From contig CAJFCJ010000014.1 of the NCBI GenBank assembly GCA_904063045.1, forward strand, positions 248,001-312,000: a stretch of DNA of 64,000 nt. Reading direction: 5' to 3'. Position 1 is the stretch's first letter. Each line of letters opens with the position of its first letter. The notes beneath the pieces were generated by a model. The model had not been told where the DNA came from. It did no database searches and saw nothing but the letters and a program-made list of their open reading frames with translations. The position numbers and the translations under genes were made by a program. The DNA comes from Dimorphilus gyrociliatus (lineage: Eukaryota > Animalia > Annelida). Shown here piece by piece: positions 25,952 through 39,602 of this stretch.

Positions 25952-28900
25952 TCAATAACACTGCTCTTCTCTTTTAATTATATCAGTTATCCATTTATAG
26001 TGAGGTGCAGCCTGTGCAAAAACTGTAATACCACCTTTACATCCGGCCAAACCCCAACTTACAACTCCGAATGAGTGCCATTTATCATTTCGTTTACAGG
26101 ACAAAGGACCACCGGAATCGCCCTAGAAGTAAAAACAAATGATGCTATGTATAAAACGGCTAAAGAACCAAGGAGATTTCTACCTTGCAAGCCTGTGAAC
26201 TGCTGGAGGCAACTCCTATTCCGCATACCATTTCAGGATATGTTGCAGTTGTAAAGGTGTATTGCATTAAGGTAGACTTGCAGCTTCTTTCAGTAACAAT
26301 ATTTTGCTTAGTCTTCATTAAAACAGAACTTGTTGGAGATCCATCTAATAATTGTCAATATTTATTTTGTCTTCATATTAGAAAGATGCTACTGCTTACC
26401 TGCTCCACTTGTCCTGCCGAATCCAGAAACGTGACATTCGTAGCCCTCGCTACCATCTAAAATCTTGTCGGGGAGACATGCGGTGTTGATTTTATCTGTC
26501 ATTTTGACCGTAGAATTCAACTTAATGATTGCAATATCATTAAGATGTCTTGTAGGTTTGTTATATTGCTCATGTTTGAATGCGACAGAGCTTTTGTAAA
26601 CTGTTCCTTTGTATTTATTTAAAGATCCCAAGAAAATGCTATAATCTGCAGAGCTAGGAACAATTCACATATATTACTCCAAAAATTATATAAGAATATA
26701 AAAAAAACCATCTTACTCTTTGATACAATGAGCTGCTGTTAAGATGAATCTTTCGTGGATTAAAACTCCACCGCATAGATAATAATCCCCAGCAACAGCA
26801 ATGGAAACACTTGCCTAGATTTTAAAAAGAGAATAAATAGTAAAATGATCAATGGATCTTTTAGTATTAATTCATATATGCCGCTTTTCCTCTAAATTTA
26901 CCTGCCAAGGAAATTCGCCATCTAAAGCTCTCTCTCCTTGAATTATAAAGGACGAACTGAGTCTCTTGCCACAATTTGCATGATTTACACCAACTTTTAC
27001 AAATGCAGTTTCTATAGTGAAATTTTCGGTTTAAATTCAAAGATATCTATTTTTGAATATAAGAAAGACATACCATTCTTAACCTTATGGCATTCACCGT
27101 TCTTCAAGACGAAATCATCAAGTGTAATTACAGATACATTCATCCTTTTGGTAGTTGAAAGTTCAATACGGAATTGTTCAACATCACTTTCCAAATCGAT
27201 ATTTACTGGCAGATTTGAATTTTGATTCATGCATAATTTACTACTTTCCTCCATCAATTCCGAGATTTTCCTGCATGCGTAAAAATCACTATAGAACATG
27301 TTTTACATTGAAAGAAACATGTCTACCTGAAAGAACTCGATCCTCTCTTCTTTACGTGGAAATTCAGCAGTGGATCTCCTTGACTCTGGATCATATTTGA
27401 TTTCGTTTTCTTTGCTAGTTTTAGCGATAAACACTTTTTCGAATTGAATGATGTGATTAGAGGAGACTGAATCGATATTGCAGATGTTGCCGATTTGGCT
27501 TCAACACCTCCGATGTGCATAACTTTATCTGTAGGAAATCAGAGTCACGGGTATTAATGGAAAAGAGACAAAGTCGTCTATGAACTGTCCTACTTGAGGA
27601 TTCGTCATCCCGTCTAGTCCACTCCAGGGGACTCATTAAGTCTTGAACAAGCGTATAGCCACACATATGATTCTGGAAATTGCAGTTGACCGATGAGGCT
27701 AATTTTGAAAATGACGTTTAAATGAGAAAAACGAGTTTAGATTCGTTCAATTCGTATAAATTGCATAGAATACTGACTTTGGCTGGCAACTGGAAATATC
27801 ACTCTATCGTTTGATTTGCAAGTTCCCGAGCTAATTATCAAATTATCAATTGCTACATCACTTTCAAACGTATAACCTCTAACTGCCTTGAATACTATTT
27901 TATAGCTAGTGAATGATGTTTGAATTTCTTGATTTATCCAAGAATATCCTTTATTTCCTTTTTCGCTTTTTACGTGATGTAAGACACCATTATTCTCTAA
28001 ATAAATGAGCAGTGAACCTCCTGTGTCATCATGCGAAGTTAACATGTGATAGTGGAATGAGATACAGCTGACTCCATTCATTTTAAAAAGGCTAGACTTC
28101 ATAACTGCAACACTGGAAACTGGTGCGCTGGTAGCTTCAGTATAGATGTAATAATCTAGCCAAAAAAGAAGTCACATTAAAGATTTGACGCTTTTTAGGT
28201 ATAAAAACGAAAATCTCGGTAATTATCTTACTTCCTTCAAAAGCGTATTCAGGTCCAGTTCCAATTGATGGGGTTCTAGTATTTATTCTTTTAAAAGCCC
28301 ATATTGAATTGTCGGAAGTCATAGAAAATCCACAATCGTCATTTTCAAATGTACACTTATTTACGGCACTATCGTTGCATTTTCCTTGTAATAATGATAT
28401 GTCATCAATTGCAATATCTCCTCTATAATCCCCATCAGAGGTTGCTTTAAGAATGATCTTTAAATAAATATACATTATGGATTGTTTGTAAATTTTCCAA
28501 AAGATGAACTTATGTAAATCTTACTTGATTGATATTATCAGAGGACTTTAGCGTCATAAGAAGACGATTCCAGCGGTCTCCTATGCTGGTATCTTGATTA
28601 AATAATAACTTTCTACCAGACGATTTAGTATTTACAAAAATCTCGAATATTCCAATTGATAAAGAGGATCCATACATATGATAATAAAGTTCCATACAAT
28701 AATCTTTATTATTTAGGTTCACGAGTGGAGATTTCAATTCAGAATAATCATTGCTCTTACTGCCGGTTGCTTCGACGTATATATAGTAACCTTGAATACC
28801 TTTCGTATGATCCACGCTTGGTCCAGTGTTGATTGATGGTGTTGATCCAGTCTCTCGCTTCCAAATGTACGTATTTGATGAGATAGACGCAGTTGCTTTC

Positions 28901-31900
28901 CACAAACACATATTTGTCTCAAAATCACATTTTAGATTATCTATTGAACGTAGAATTATGAAGATTAACGAAAATTAGACGAAAGATATGAAAGATTACA
29001 AACCAACAGAAACGCTCGAAGACGTTGGCCTAACTGTTGGGGAAGTTAACAAATTCGCTTGCGTTGAAGTTGAATGTGGCAATTTATCATTACAAGATTG
29101 AAATCGAACGCGAACTTCATCAAACGATATATCTCCTCTGTATCCGCTTCCATAGAAACCGGTAAAGAACAACTTTCTGAACTGCGTAATAATGGAAAAT
29201 GATTAATAATTAACTCTTTATCTTCACTTTTTACAATAGAATATGGAAAATAAACAAACCGTTTGTTTGTTTTCATTATGTATTGTATAAGAAACAATTT
29301 TCCATACGTTTCCCTTATTTCCACTTTCGTCAAGAATTGTTTCATTCTTTAATACTGTTCTTTCATCTTGGCCATAAGTAACTAGAGATACTACAAAACG
29401 ACCCATATCTTTTCCATACATATGATAAGCAAACGACAAACAACACGTTGAATTGAAATTAATTATAGCAGATTCCAAAATGGCTATATTGGATCGAGAT
29501 GAGGATGTTGCCTCGTAGTAGACAAATTTTCCTGAATGTGGGGCTTGAGGACCAGTTGAACTAGACAGGGTGTAATCTGCAATCCTCCACGAATATGTTG
29601 CTTTTGGACTTGTATAATATTCGCAAAAATCTCGCTCAAAGCTACATTCCAGCATTTTTGGTGACATCGCTTTAGGTTTTTAAGGAGAGAAAATAGATTC
29701 AAAATAAGGTTTTAAGCAATAAAATATATAATATAATATTTAATTCATTACGTGACATAGTAGGCTTTAACGTAGAAGAAGGCGAACGGCAAAAATCAAC
29801 AGAGATATTATCAATAGCCATGTCTCCTTTGAAGGATCTTTTGCATATTCCGCTAAAAATGAGCTTTAAAGATATTCTTTTATTACTGGTAACAAATTAA
29901 TTTTTAATAAAACCATTTATTACTTGATATTGTCCAGGTGGAAGTAACATTGTCTTTTTTATCCATTGGAGACCTTGATTGCCACTTTTCGTCATTAAAG
30001 TAGAAAATGTCTTGGACGTTATATGATAAATGCCAACATTAAACATCCCCATATCGGATCCATACATATGATAATAGAACGATAGTTGGCAAGTTAAGTG
30101 TTTCAGTGTTATAACAGGACTAGTAAAGTTAGTTACATCCCCTTGTTTACAAAAGGAAGCTTCGGTATATAGAAAGTATCCTAGAAAATTCAATTATTCT
30201 ATTAGAACGGAATATTTTCTAATGGGAAAAGTGATTTTTACCAGTTTTGCTTACATCTTCTCTTGGTCCAGTATCTATTGATATCCTCCGATTACTTAGA
30301 GACCAAACAAAAGTATTACTCGACAATGATTTAGTTATCTTGTATTGTCCATAATCAAATGAGTCGAAATTCGTATTTAATATCTTAGCCAAGTTTGACT
30401 TGTTGGTTATTGCTGTTTGAGTTGTAGAGGTAGTTGACCGAGTTGTAAAGGCAGCTGGCACAGTTGTAGAACTAGGCATAGTTGGTGTGGTCATTCGGGT
30501 TTTAGTAGTAGATGAATGAAAACAATCGTGAACAGTTATTTTATCAATTGCAACGTCTCCACGATATCCAGTTCCACAAGTTGCAATAAAAGTTAACTAG
30601 AAACATAATAGAGTTTCATTGAGAAGTAAAATTATAGTAATTCATTGATAATTAACAAATATTATCTAACCTGGTAATAGCCAGCATTTTGAATTATAAG
30701 CGTCTCTTTTATCCAACGATCCGTTAGTAAATCGTCTTTTAGGATAGATTTGGACTTAAAAAGTCCAAAAATATCGCTTGCAAGCACCTCCAAACCTCCA
30801 ATTTGACTTCCGTACATATTATAAAAGAATGAAATACACGTTGAAGGGGTAAAAAAAAAAGGGCTCGTTAAATTGGTTACATCATTCCTGTTGCATGACG
30901 ACGCTTCAGCAAATGCAAATTTACCTGTAGTTCATTATATAAAACGTCTATAGTTTGTAATTGTTGAATATATGTAAATAATGTTGAACCTATTCCATCA
31001 ACAGGTTTGGACGGTCCTGTGTTCCATGACGGTGTCTCACTACCAGTTGTCCAAAAATAACTTCTGGCGCTGGTGGAAGAATTTGTAAATGAACAAAAGT
31101 CTCCTTTATCGAATGAACAAGGTATATTTTCTATTTTTGTTGTATGTGGAGTAGTAGGCTTCAATGTAGGAGTGGGAGTAGCAACTAAGAAAAACACGAT
31201 GATTAATATAGAAAGTTCTGTATACAGTATATTTCCACGTACAAAAACAATCGTACAACTCTATATCGTCTATAGCTAACGTATCCTGACTTCCAATATA
31301 TCTTTCGGCTTTTATAACTAACTATTAAATGAATAAATTAAAAATGGTTGAATTATTTTTTTTTAAAAAAAAAAAGGAAAGAAAACCTGATCGATAGGAT
31401 CGTTGAAGGTAATGGAATGTTGTTGCCATTTTTGTGTTTGGGAAGGATTTGCGTAAGAACCATCTCTCGATACAACACTTCCATTTATAAGACCATAAAT
31501 TTGAATTTGATCTGCATTATCACCTATCCAAGTGTAATATCTTAAACATAATGTTCCCATTTCCTTTGGTTTGTTGAATGTAGGCGAAAATAAAAAGGCT
31601 TCCTGATCGTATAGATAACGGGGCTTAGCGTACATGTATTTACCTATAGGGAATACATAATAGAACCGAATAGCTTATATCTTAAGGTTTGTTTCTTATA
31701 CTACCATTTGGTCCTGTTCTATCTGAAATATTTGTTGAACCTCTTTGAAATTTGTACAAAGAGATACCTTGATGAATATTTGAAGTAAATCGACAATCAT
31801 CCTTGTTAAAATCGCATTTCCACAAATGACTTTTACCTTAATTTCAATAAGATATTAATTACATAATACATGATAATAAAAAAAAATAAGACAAACCAGA

Positions 31901-31966
31901 TATCAACGAAGGAGCGAGGAAGGATAAGATAAGGATAAAGTAACAGTTGACTTGAAATTTGATCAT
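25952..31966 (-). CDS. Secreted 7xMAM + active S1 serine protease (MAM gene C)
   Basis: Signal peptide MIKFQVNCYFILILSFLAPSLISG and seven MAM domains (the 7th degenerate) with Thr/Ser/Pro-rich linkers. Protease CGKRLSSSF-IIQG, TAAHC, LNDIAIIKL, GDSGGP, VSWG. Confidence 0.85.
27091..27967. repeat. 877-bp near-identical direct repeat, copy 1 (in MAM gene C)
   Basis: Line-by-line comparison with 40591-41467 shows 3 mismatches (27110, 27551, 27732). Confidence 0.95.
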
Positions 31967-32618
31967 TGTATTTCAAGAGTCGAGATTATTTTTAGTATAA
32001 CTATGGTAAACTTGAATTTTCAACAATTTAAAGTAAATAGTTGAAATTTCTCTCTTCTGGAAAGGTCAAAAATTAGATCATTCTAGGAAAACAGTATGGA
32101 CTTTTTTTCAAAGTTGATATGTGAATTTCAAACGAGAGGAACAAATTTCAATTTGGAGAAGCGGAGACAGTAATGCGGGAGAGAAAGTGTCCACAGTGAC
32201 GTAGAGAGAGATTGATACTACGAAAATATGTTATAGCTTTGTGTACTTGCTTTTAGGCAGGCCGAAGTTGGTCAGATTATACCTAAGATCATGATTCATA
32301 AAAGCCCATAGGAACGTGTGTCATCAGTCTACTTCGATCAACCAACCAATCGACCAGCTAAGCGACCGACCGAGCAACCACCTATTCATATACTCATTCC
32401 ATTCATTCATTCGTTTACTCTTTCAATTCGTTCATTCGTTCCTCGATAGTTCAATCTATTCAATTTTATTTTCATTAAAATCTTTAATATTTTCGTCTTT
32501 GTTTACAAAAACGAAAATTACTTTTTTAATTAAATAATTTATTTTCTATTCAATTTTTTCTTTCATCTCTTCCTTTTATTCATTCGTTTATTCATTCATC
32601 CTTTCAATCATTCATCCA

Positions 32619-32621
<3 letters not shown>

Positions 32622-32654
<33 letters not shown>
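32622..32654. repeat. (TC)n microsatellite, downstream of a degenerate (TTCA)n tract at ~32390-32615
   Basis: Directly visible. Confidence 0.95.
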
Positions 32655-32657
<3 letters not shown>

Positions 32658-33213
32658 CCCTTTTGTATTCATTTTTCTTATCATTCAATTTTCTGAATTT
32701 TTTGTCTATTGAAGATTTATTCCTTTGTCTTCCCCTCCTGCTCAATCTCTTAAACCGGTCTTTTCTCTATTGATAATATCACGAGAATTGTGGCCTATCG
32801 TTTTTCTAGGAGAAAGAAACTATGTTTTACCTTTCTATTTGATATCTAGGCTTAAAAAACCTACGTTTCATAAAATAAATACAAAGTCTATGGTAATCTT
32901 AAAGAAACTAAAGTAACAAGAAAACGTAGTGCGTGAATAACGATTTTTTAAAAGATTCTCTAAGTGCACTTTGCCGCTATTTCATTTATCAAATATCGTT
33001 ATTTAATTTAACCAGAATTCATATTAAACGAATAGTATAACAAGTTCTACTTAAATCGAAAAGTATATAGCTTCCCACGTGTTTTAATATTACAAAAAGT
33101 TGAATGAAAATAATATCCATTTTTATTTCAGTGCTTTTTTAATGAAAGATAGAAAAAAGAAAGCCTGCTTGAATACATTTCATACGTAAACATAAGAAAT
33201 CATTAGAGATATA

Positions 33214-33860
33214 TATTAGGATCAACCTGAAAGTTTTAACCGTTTCCCTGTAATTTTAAAATAGTACATTGTAGGCCTATGTTATCATTATTAATAAAAA
33301 GTGAATTCATTAATGCAAGTTATTTCAATCGATATTCACAGGCAACTGAAAGCTTTTTTTGGAAACATGGGTATTCTATCATGAACCATTGACTAAAAGA
33401 GCTTCTTTAGAGTATCATACAAAGTTTTCTCCACTACCAAAAAAGGTTAAGACAGGTAAGTCTGCAGACAAACTGATGGCATGTGTGTTTTGGGACAGGG
33501 GATATCTTAAAACAACTGGATGGGTAGTCTTGCCTCATCCAGCCTACAGCCCAGACCTGGTGCCATCAGACTATTATCTTTTCTGGAAATTAAAGGACCA
33601 TCTTCGGGGTGAAATATATGAGAATGATGAGGAATTGCAAAATGCAGTAAAAGCATTTTTCATTTTTCGCTTGAATACTTCGCCAAAGGAATTGATATGC
33701 TTCCCGCCAGGTGGCAAACATGCACTGACAATAATGGGGAATTCAAAGCTATATAGATATATCTAAGACATTAATTAATATTTATGACTAAACATATTAT
33801 GTAATTTTCTTTGTTAGCAGTAAGACACAAACGGGTAAAACTTTCAGGTTGATCCTAATA
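33214..33860 (+). mobile_element. Internally deleted, non-autonomous mariner (Tc1/mariner DD34D) element
   Basis: 32-bp TIRs TATTAGGATCAACCTGAAAGTTTTA(A/C)CCGTTT with 1 mismatch and TA target duplications at 33212-13 and 33861-62. Transposase remnants ETWVFYHEP, LMACVFWD and HPAYSPDLVPSDYYLFWKLKDHLRG. The HTH region and the second catalytic Asp region are missing. Confidence 0.92.
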
Positions 33861-35020
33861 TATACAGTATATATGAATTTTATACGATTATTAACATACA
33901 TTTCTTTTCTACTCCCAAAGTTTATTCAACTCTTTGTTTATTTATTTATTTCTAGTATTTACCTCCGTCACGATGGCACACTTTTATGACAAAATATCTA
34001 TTAAATATGTAACTACTTTTTTTTATTACAAAATAGCTGCTTTTCCGTTTTTTAGTCACTGGTTTTCGTATCCTATCCTTTTATATTGTTTGTAAAATTT
34101 TCAGCTAGAACGTCCTCCAGTCATTATCACTGACAACTGTAACATAATAAGCCAATAAGGAGTATATGGTAAATAGTCAGAAATCATTGAATGGTTTCGT
34201 TAAGCGTGAAATATGAACGAATGATAGTAATTATTCCCCCTGTAGATAAAATGAGGAAGTCATTTTTAGATGCAAATTCTTCCTGGTAAACAGTGGGGGG
34301 AAACTATGCATATTTGTATAGTAAAGGATTGTGAAATAAATGTTAGCTTAATACTTTATAAGACATGGTTGTTTTCTCCAATTTCTCATGCTCAAAGTCG
34401 CCTACAGTCCACAGATATTTCTGATTCTAAATACAATGGAAAAAGTCTGGGAAGATAAAGTCTTTCTCCTACTGTTAGCTTCCAACCGCAAAAATATCAT
34501 ATTCTTCTATCATTCAAAACAACTTCCCTTCGCCTTTTTGTTTTCATTTCCAGATCTTGTGTCAACTTCTGAGGAAGTTTTTCATAAATATCTCAAAATG
34601 CAGCAATCGCAAGAATCTGATAGATGGCATTACTGCGCAGAATTGAGCCGACTTTTATAAGATTATTGAGTATATGATAAAAGACGAAGAGAGAGAGAGA
34701 GATCAGCACGATTTTCTTTTTTTAATAGAATAATACAAAATTTTATCATGTCTCTAATAGCAACCATAAAAAAGTCATTACATTTATTTAAAAATACAGT
34801 TTGGACATGTTCAAGGGAAGTAGGAGGGCCTTGTTTACATAAAATAACATTTGAAAAAGGTATATAGAACATGCTTAGGAAGCAATAAAGTTCTAATCAT
34901 TCAGCCTTTATTTTTTCTGAGTCATACATACCATAGATTTTTTTAACAATGATAAATAAACGGGAAAAAAAGAACAACCTTCGTTTCAAAAATATGAATG
35001 TTATTGTCTCTTCTCCTCTT

Positions 35021-38000
35021 TCAAAGTTCTCTCTTACTACTCATTGCTTTGATAGTTGCAATTATAAAATTCAAATAGCTGCCTCTTAGTTGATTAAATG
35101 TTGATATGTTTCTTTTGCTTTTTCTATAATTCAATAATAATCCGGAAATTGTCCATTTTTCATTGATTTTGCAAGATAGAATAGCTTTGTTGGAATCCTA
35201 GTATAAAATAAGATGACTCAATATTACTGTTATAGAAGAGAATCTTTATTAAAATACCTTTTGTGAGTCTTCTGAACTGTTAAGAGGTAAGGAGCAAATC
35301 TTTGGAAAATGATTACTACTCTTTGTAGTTCCATTCAAGGTCAAGTTCAATAATGATAAGCAATACTTTTCATCTAATAATTGAACTTTTTCCACACTTG
35401 GTATATCTTTACTTGAATTGCTAATACCAAAACTAGAAGTAATGCAATTATAACTTGTACCATTAGTGATTGTTGCTCCATTCAAACAAATAGTATTTAT
35501 TTTATCATCTATTGATACCTTATTATCTAATTTAATTAGAGCAATACTCTCGTTAGAAATTTGGGGATAATTGGGATGAAAGAATACAGATTTCCCATTA
35601 AATCGTTTATAAGAAACTGAACGATTCAAGCCCAAGATAACTTGAAAATGATTTTGTCTAGGAATAAAAAACAACAACAATTCAAAGACTTTCTTTCTTA
35701 TTTCGTAACGATAATAGAGAAAGAAAGATTTTCTCCAGACTTACTTATCAATACATTTTGCGTCTGTTAGAACAAAACTTGAATGAATTAGAATTCCTTC
35801 GCAATGATTCTCTGAACGTCTATTTTTAGAATAAATATTCACCTGAAAGGGAATAGAGAACTAATTAGAAATACATAAAGTGTTTATTAAAGTGTTCTTT
35901 TTATTTAACCTGCCATGGAAATTCCTCTATGGCGGAAGATGATGATGATGCTACTGTTGAGGAGGAGAAAAATGAAAAAGCTGCAGAAGAATTATAAAAG
36001 ATTTTCCCACAGTCGGGTTGATTTAGACCTATTTTATTCAAGTCTGTATAATAATAAAAGGGTATGATTATAGTTTTTATAGTTAAAAAATGCTTAAAGT
36101 GTAGTATATATAGATATATTTTACTGGGCGATCATAAAGTCACATCACTTTTTTTTACAACAGATATAAAAAAATAAATACACAACACACAGCAATAGAT
36201 TTCCTGTTGTTGTTATTCTTTTCAATTTCCTTATTGAAAGAAGAACAGAGGAGCTTTTTTTCAACATTTTTTTTAAATTATATTGTATATTGAACATGCT
36301 TAAATCTAGATCTATTGTGCGAAATCTGTAAAGTTTTTTAAAGAGTTTTAACCTAAGTCATCGAAGGAGGATGTAGAACTTTTTTCGTATTTAAATGGAT
36401 TATTCTCGAAGGGCGATTCGCATTGACTATCGTTATTATTACAACCAATTCCATTATCTATAAATGATATTTTGTTATTAAAATTTCCATTCCTTATTCA
36501 CTTACCTCTTAGTGGATAATATATAAACTTTTCCCTACAATTGCCCAGCTGTTCGTTAATGAAATCTAAACCAATTCGATTTTGATTAGATAATCCTTCT
36601 ACTGCTTTAAAAGTTATCTGAAATATTTCCTTGTCTTTATTATTAATTGTTAATCGGTAATCGTTATCAATTTAGCTTTTAAACCTCGTAGAATGGTACC
36701 GATATCTCGATCTGTTGTTTTTTCCATTCGTTACTTGTAGACTTTAACATAGTAACCAATTGATAAGTACCGGTAATACTTTCTCTTAAGTAAACATTCA
36801 ATTTACTACTACTAGCAGTAGGTGTAGAAGGTTTTTGAATGAAATAATAGAATGAAATACACGCAATTCCTCTTAGAGTTCGAAATCCTGCTGATAATAC
36901 AGCAATTCGAGAGAATGACGATTGCGGTGAAGGAACTATTCCTAGGTAATAATCTGTTGACCCGATATAAATTTGAACGTATGAACCTCTATTCAGAGAG
37001 TTTAATTAGTTTAATTACCCCCGTGATAAGGTTGAATAGGTCCACCTCTATCACTTTGAATCCTTGCAAATTCCCACGATTTATGGTAGGAGAATAGTTG
37101 ATAATTACACAAATCTACCTCGAAAGAACATCGTTGAAGAAGACTAACATCTTGACAATTGCCTTCTTCAACATATATATTATCGATAGCTATATCTCCT
37201 TTATAAAATCCTTCCGAAGTTGCCTTGATAACAATCTGGTCAATTTGTTTGTTAGATTTTAAATCTATTGTACGTTGAATCCAAAAATTTCCCATACTTT
37301 TATTGTTTTTAAAGAGAATATCCTTTAAAGTACCTTCTTTAAAAGTCATAATTTCCAATTGTCCAATTCTCTCTAAAGATCCAAACATATGATAGGAAAA
37401 TATTAGGCAATAATCCCTCCTATTCATATTAAATATTGGCGATTTTAGCTCGGAATAGAAACCTCGTTGACTATTTGACGATTCGACGAATATATAATAT
37501 CTGTTGCCATACAGAGAATCTTTAGTTGGTCCTGTACCTTGAGAAGGGGTTTCCTCGTTCAATCTGGTCCATATGTAGTTATTGAAAAAGTAATCTGGAC
37601 TTTTATTTACGGTCCAACGACAGAAATCCACCTCAAAATTGCAATTTAATTGTTCATCTATAGGGTAGAGGAAAAAGGAAAAGAGGATCAGGAACAGAAG
37701 AGAAAGAAACGTTTAGTTCAATACTTACTTGGGCTTTTTGTTTGTTCTAAACAACGTCCTTTAACAACTGATACATCATCAAGAGCTATATCACCCTTAT
37801 AACAACCAGCCGATATTGCCTGAATTACAATCTATAGAGAAAGGAACGATAATCTTTCTTTTTAATAATCTTTAATCATGTTAAACTTGCTTGATCGATA
37901 TTATCTTTTGGTTTTAAATTAATTGAAATTTCATTCCAACTATCTCCGATATTTGACGAATTTGAATAGAAAAGTATACGCTTTTCTTCATTACTATAAC

Positions 38001-39239
38001 CGGAAATTGATAATTTACCAATTGAAATATTCGAACCAAACATATAAATGTATAATCTTAAGCAATAGTTAAAGTTATTCATTTTGAATATAGGCGATTT
38101 TAATTCGGCTATATGATTTCTTTTACTAAATGACGCTTCAACGAAAACGTATTTTCCGGTTTTATTATTAAAAGTATGATCATTACTCGGTCCAGTATTT
38201 AACGAAGGTGTTTTCCCACTATTTAACATCCATTTATAATCATTATCAATCGACTTTGGATAATGAGTTGTCATCCAATAACAAAAGTCCTTTTCGAAAG
38301 TACAATTCAGATATTCTAGGAAGAATATTGAGACATATATGTCAGATAAAGAAGGAATATAATAGACTGACCGTCGGGTGGTTTCAACGGTAAAGCAAAC
38401 GGAGGTTTAGTACCTTCGATCTCTCCTTTGGATATGATAAAGATATCAATTGTATATATATATATATATGTATATATATATAAATACAAAAGATGGAAAT
38501 ACCTTCACAATCATTTATTTCAATATCATCAATTGCGATTACACCCACATTTGTTTTGGATTTCTTTATATAAAACATCACCTAAAAGAGGAGGATAGTG
38601 AGAGATTGAATTCATCTCATTTTTGCTCTTTATAGCCTACTTGATCAAATTCTTTTGTCGCTTCAATAATTGAACTTTTCCAAATCTTCTTACGATTATT
38701 CGAACCATATATTAACTTACTTTGAGTAATATGTCCGTGTCGCAATAGAAAAACAAATAACTCACTCTTATACTGATCAATCATATGATAGTGTTGAACG
38801 CATACTCTGTTCATTTTGTTTCCATTTAGAAAGATGATTGGTGAAATAATAAAAGTTTCATGAATATCATTAACTGTATTAACAGTATGCATATAATTTC
38901 CTGAAAGTTATTCAATTTAATTAGCCAATCATCTAATTGCAATAAAAAGATATTACAATTACCATTATTATTATTCCGATCGTCTAGAGAGCTTAACGAA
39001 CCTCTCGTTAATTTGAATATATGAACTCTCGCCGGAATATTGGAATTGAACGAACAATCGTTCAATTCAAAATCACATTTCCAAAATGTATCTTTACCTT
39101 TTGAAAATGAAATTCTTACATTTAATAAGTTATATATAACTTCTTTAAACTTACAAACAACTCCTAGAAATAGGAAATAAGTAGAGAAAAGTAACAGTGA
39201 TTTCAGATATAAACACATAACCGGAGAGAAGCATACCAT
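35021..39239 (-). CDS. Secreted 4xMAM + inactive serine-protease-like domain (MAM gene D)
   Basis: Signal peptide MVCFSPVMCLYLKSLLLFSTYFLFLGVVC and four MAM domains (~39110-36540), linked through a phase-1 intron (~36356-36043) to DLNKIGLNQPDCGK...EFPWQ. The triad positions read TDAKC, ESIALIKL and DSNKAILSC (all lost). Confidence 0.78.
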
Positions 39240-39602
39240 AAATCGCTTGGATATAAAGTGTCAAGTGTACGACCTCCCCCGTAGGTACTATAAAAAATTT
39301 AATGACTTCCTAATTCTTCTTTTTTCTACTTTCATATAGAGTGTGTTACAATGTTTTTCTCGTTATAACAAACATTGTCTACTGTTCAGGTTTTAACCAT
39401 TAACCATTCAGTAAGTGTAAATACTATTTAGTAACACTGTACTTTCCATTCATTTATATTCTTCCTTTATCCTTTAAGCTATTATTGGCTAATTGATAAT
39501 TTATTTTACTACATGATTCATTGTATTTTATAGTTAAATGGTTATATTTAAAAATTGTTATGAAACAATGAAGAATTCGTAAAAATGCCGACGTTGTTCT
39601 TT

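Noticed and set aside
33900-34950. Short ORFs on both strands downstream of the mariner; possibly a decayed TE or pseudogene
   Set aside because: All frames are interrupted by stops and I recognise no motif, so no call can be supported.
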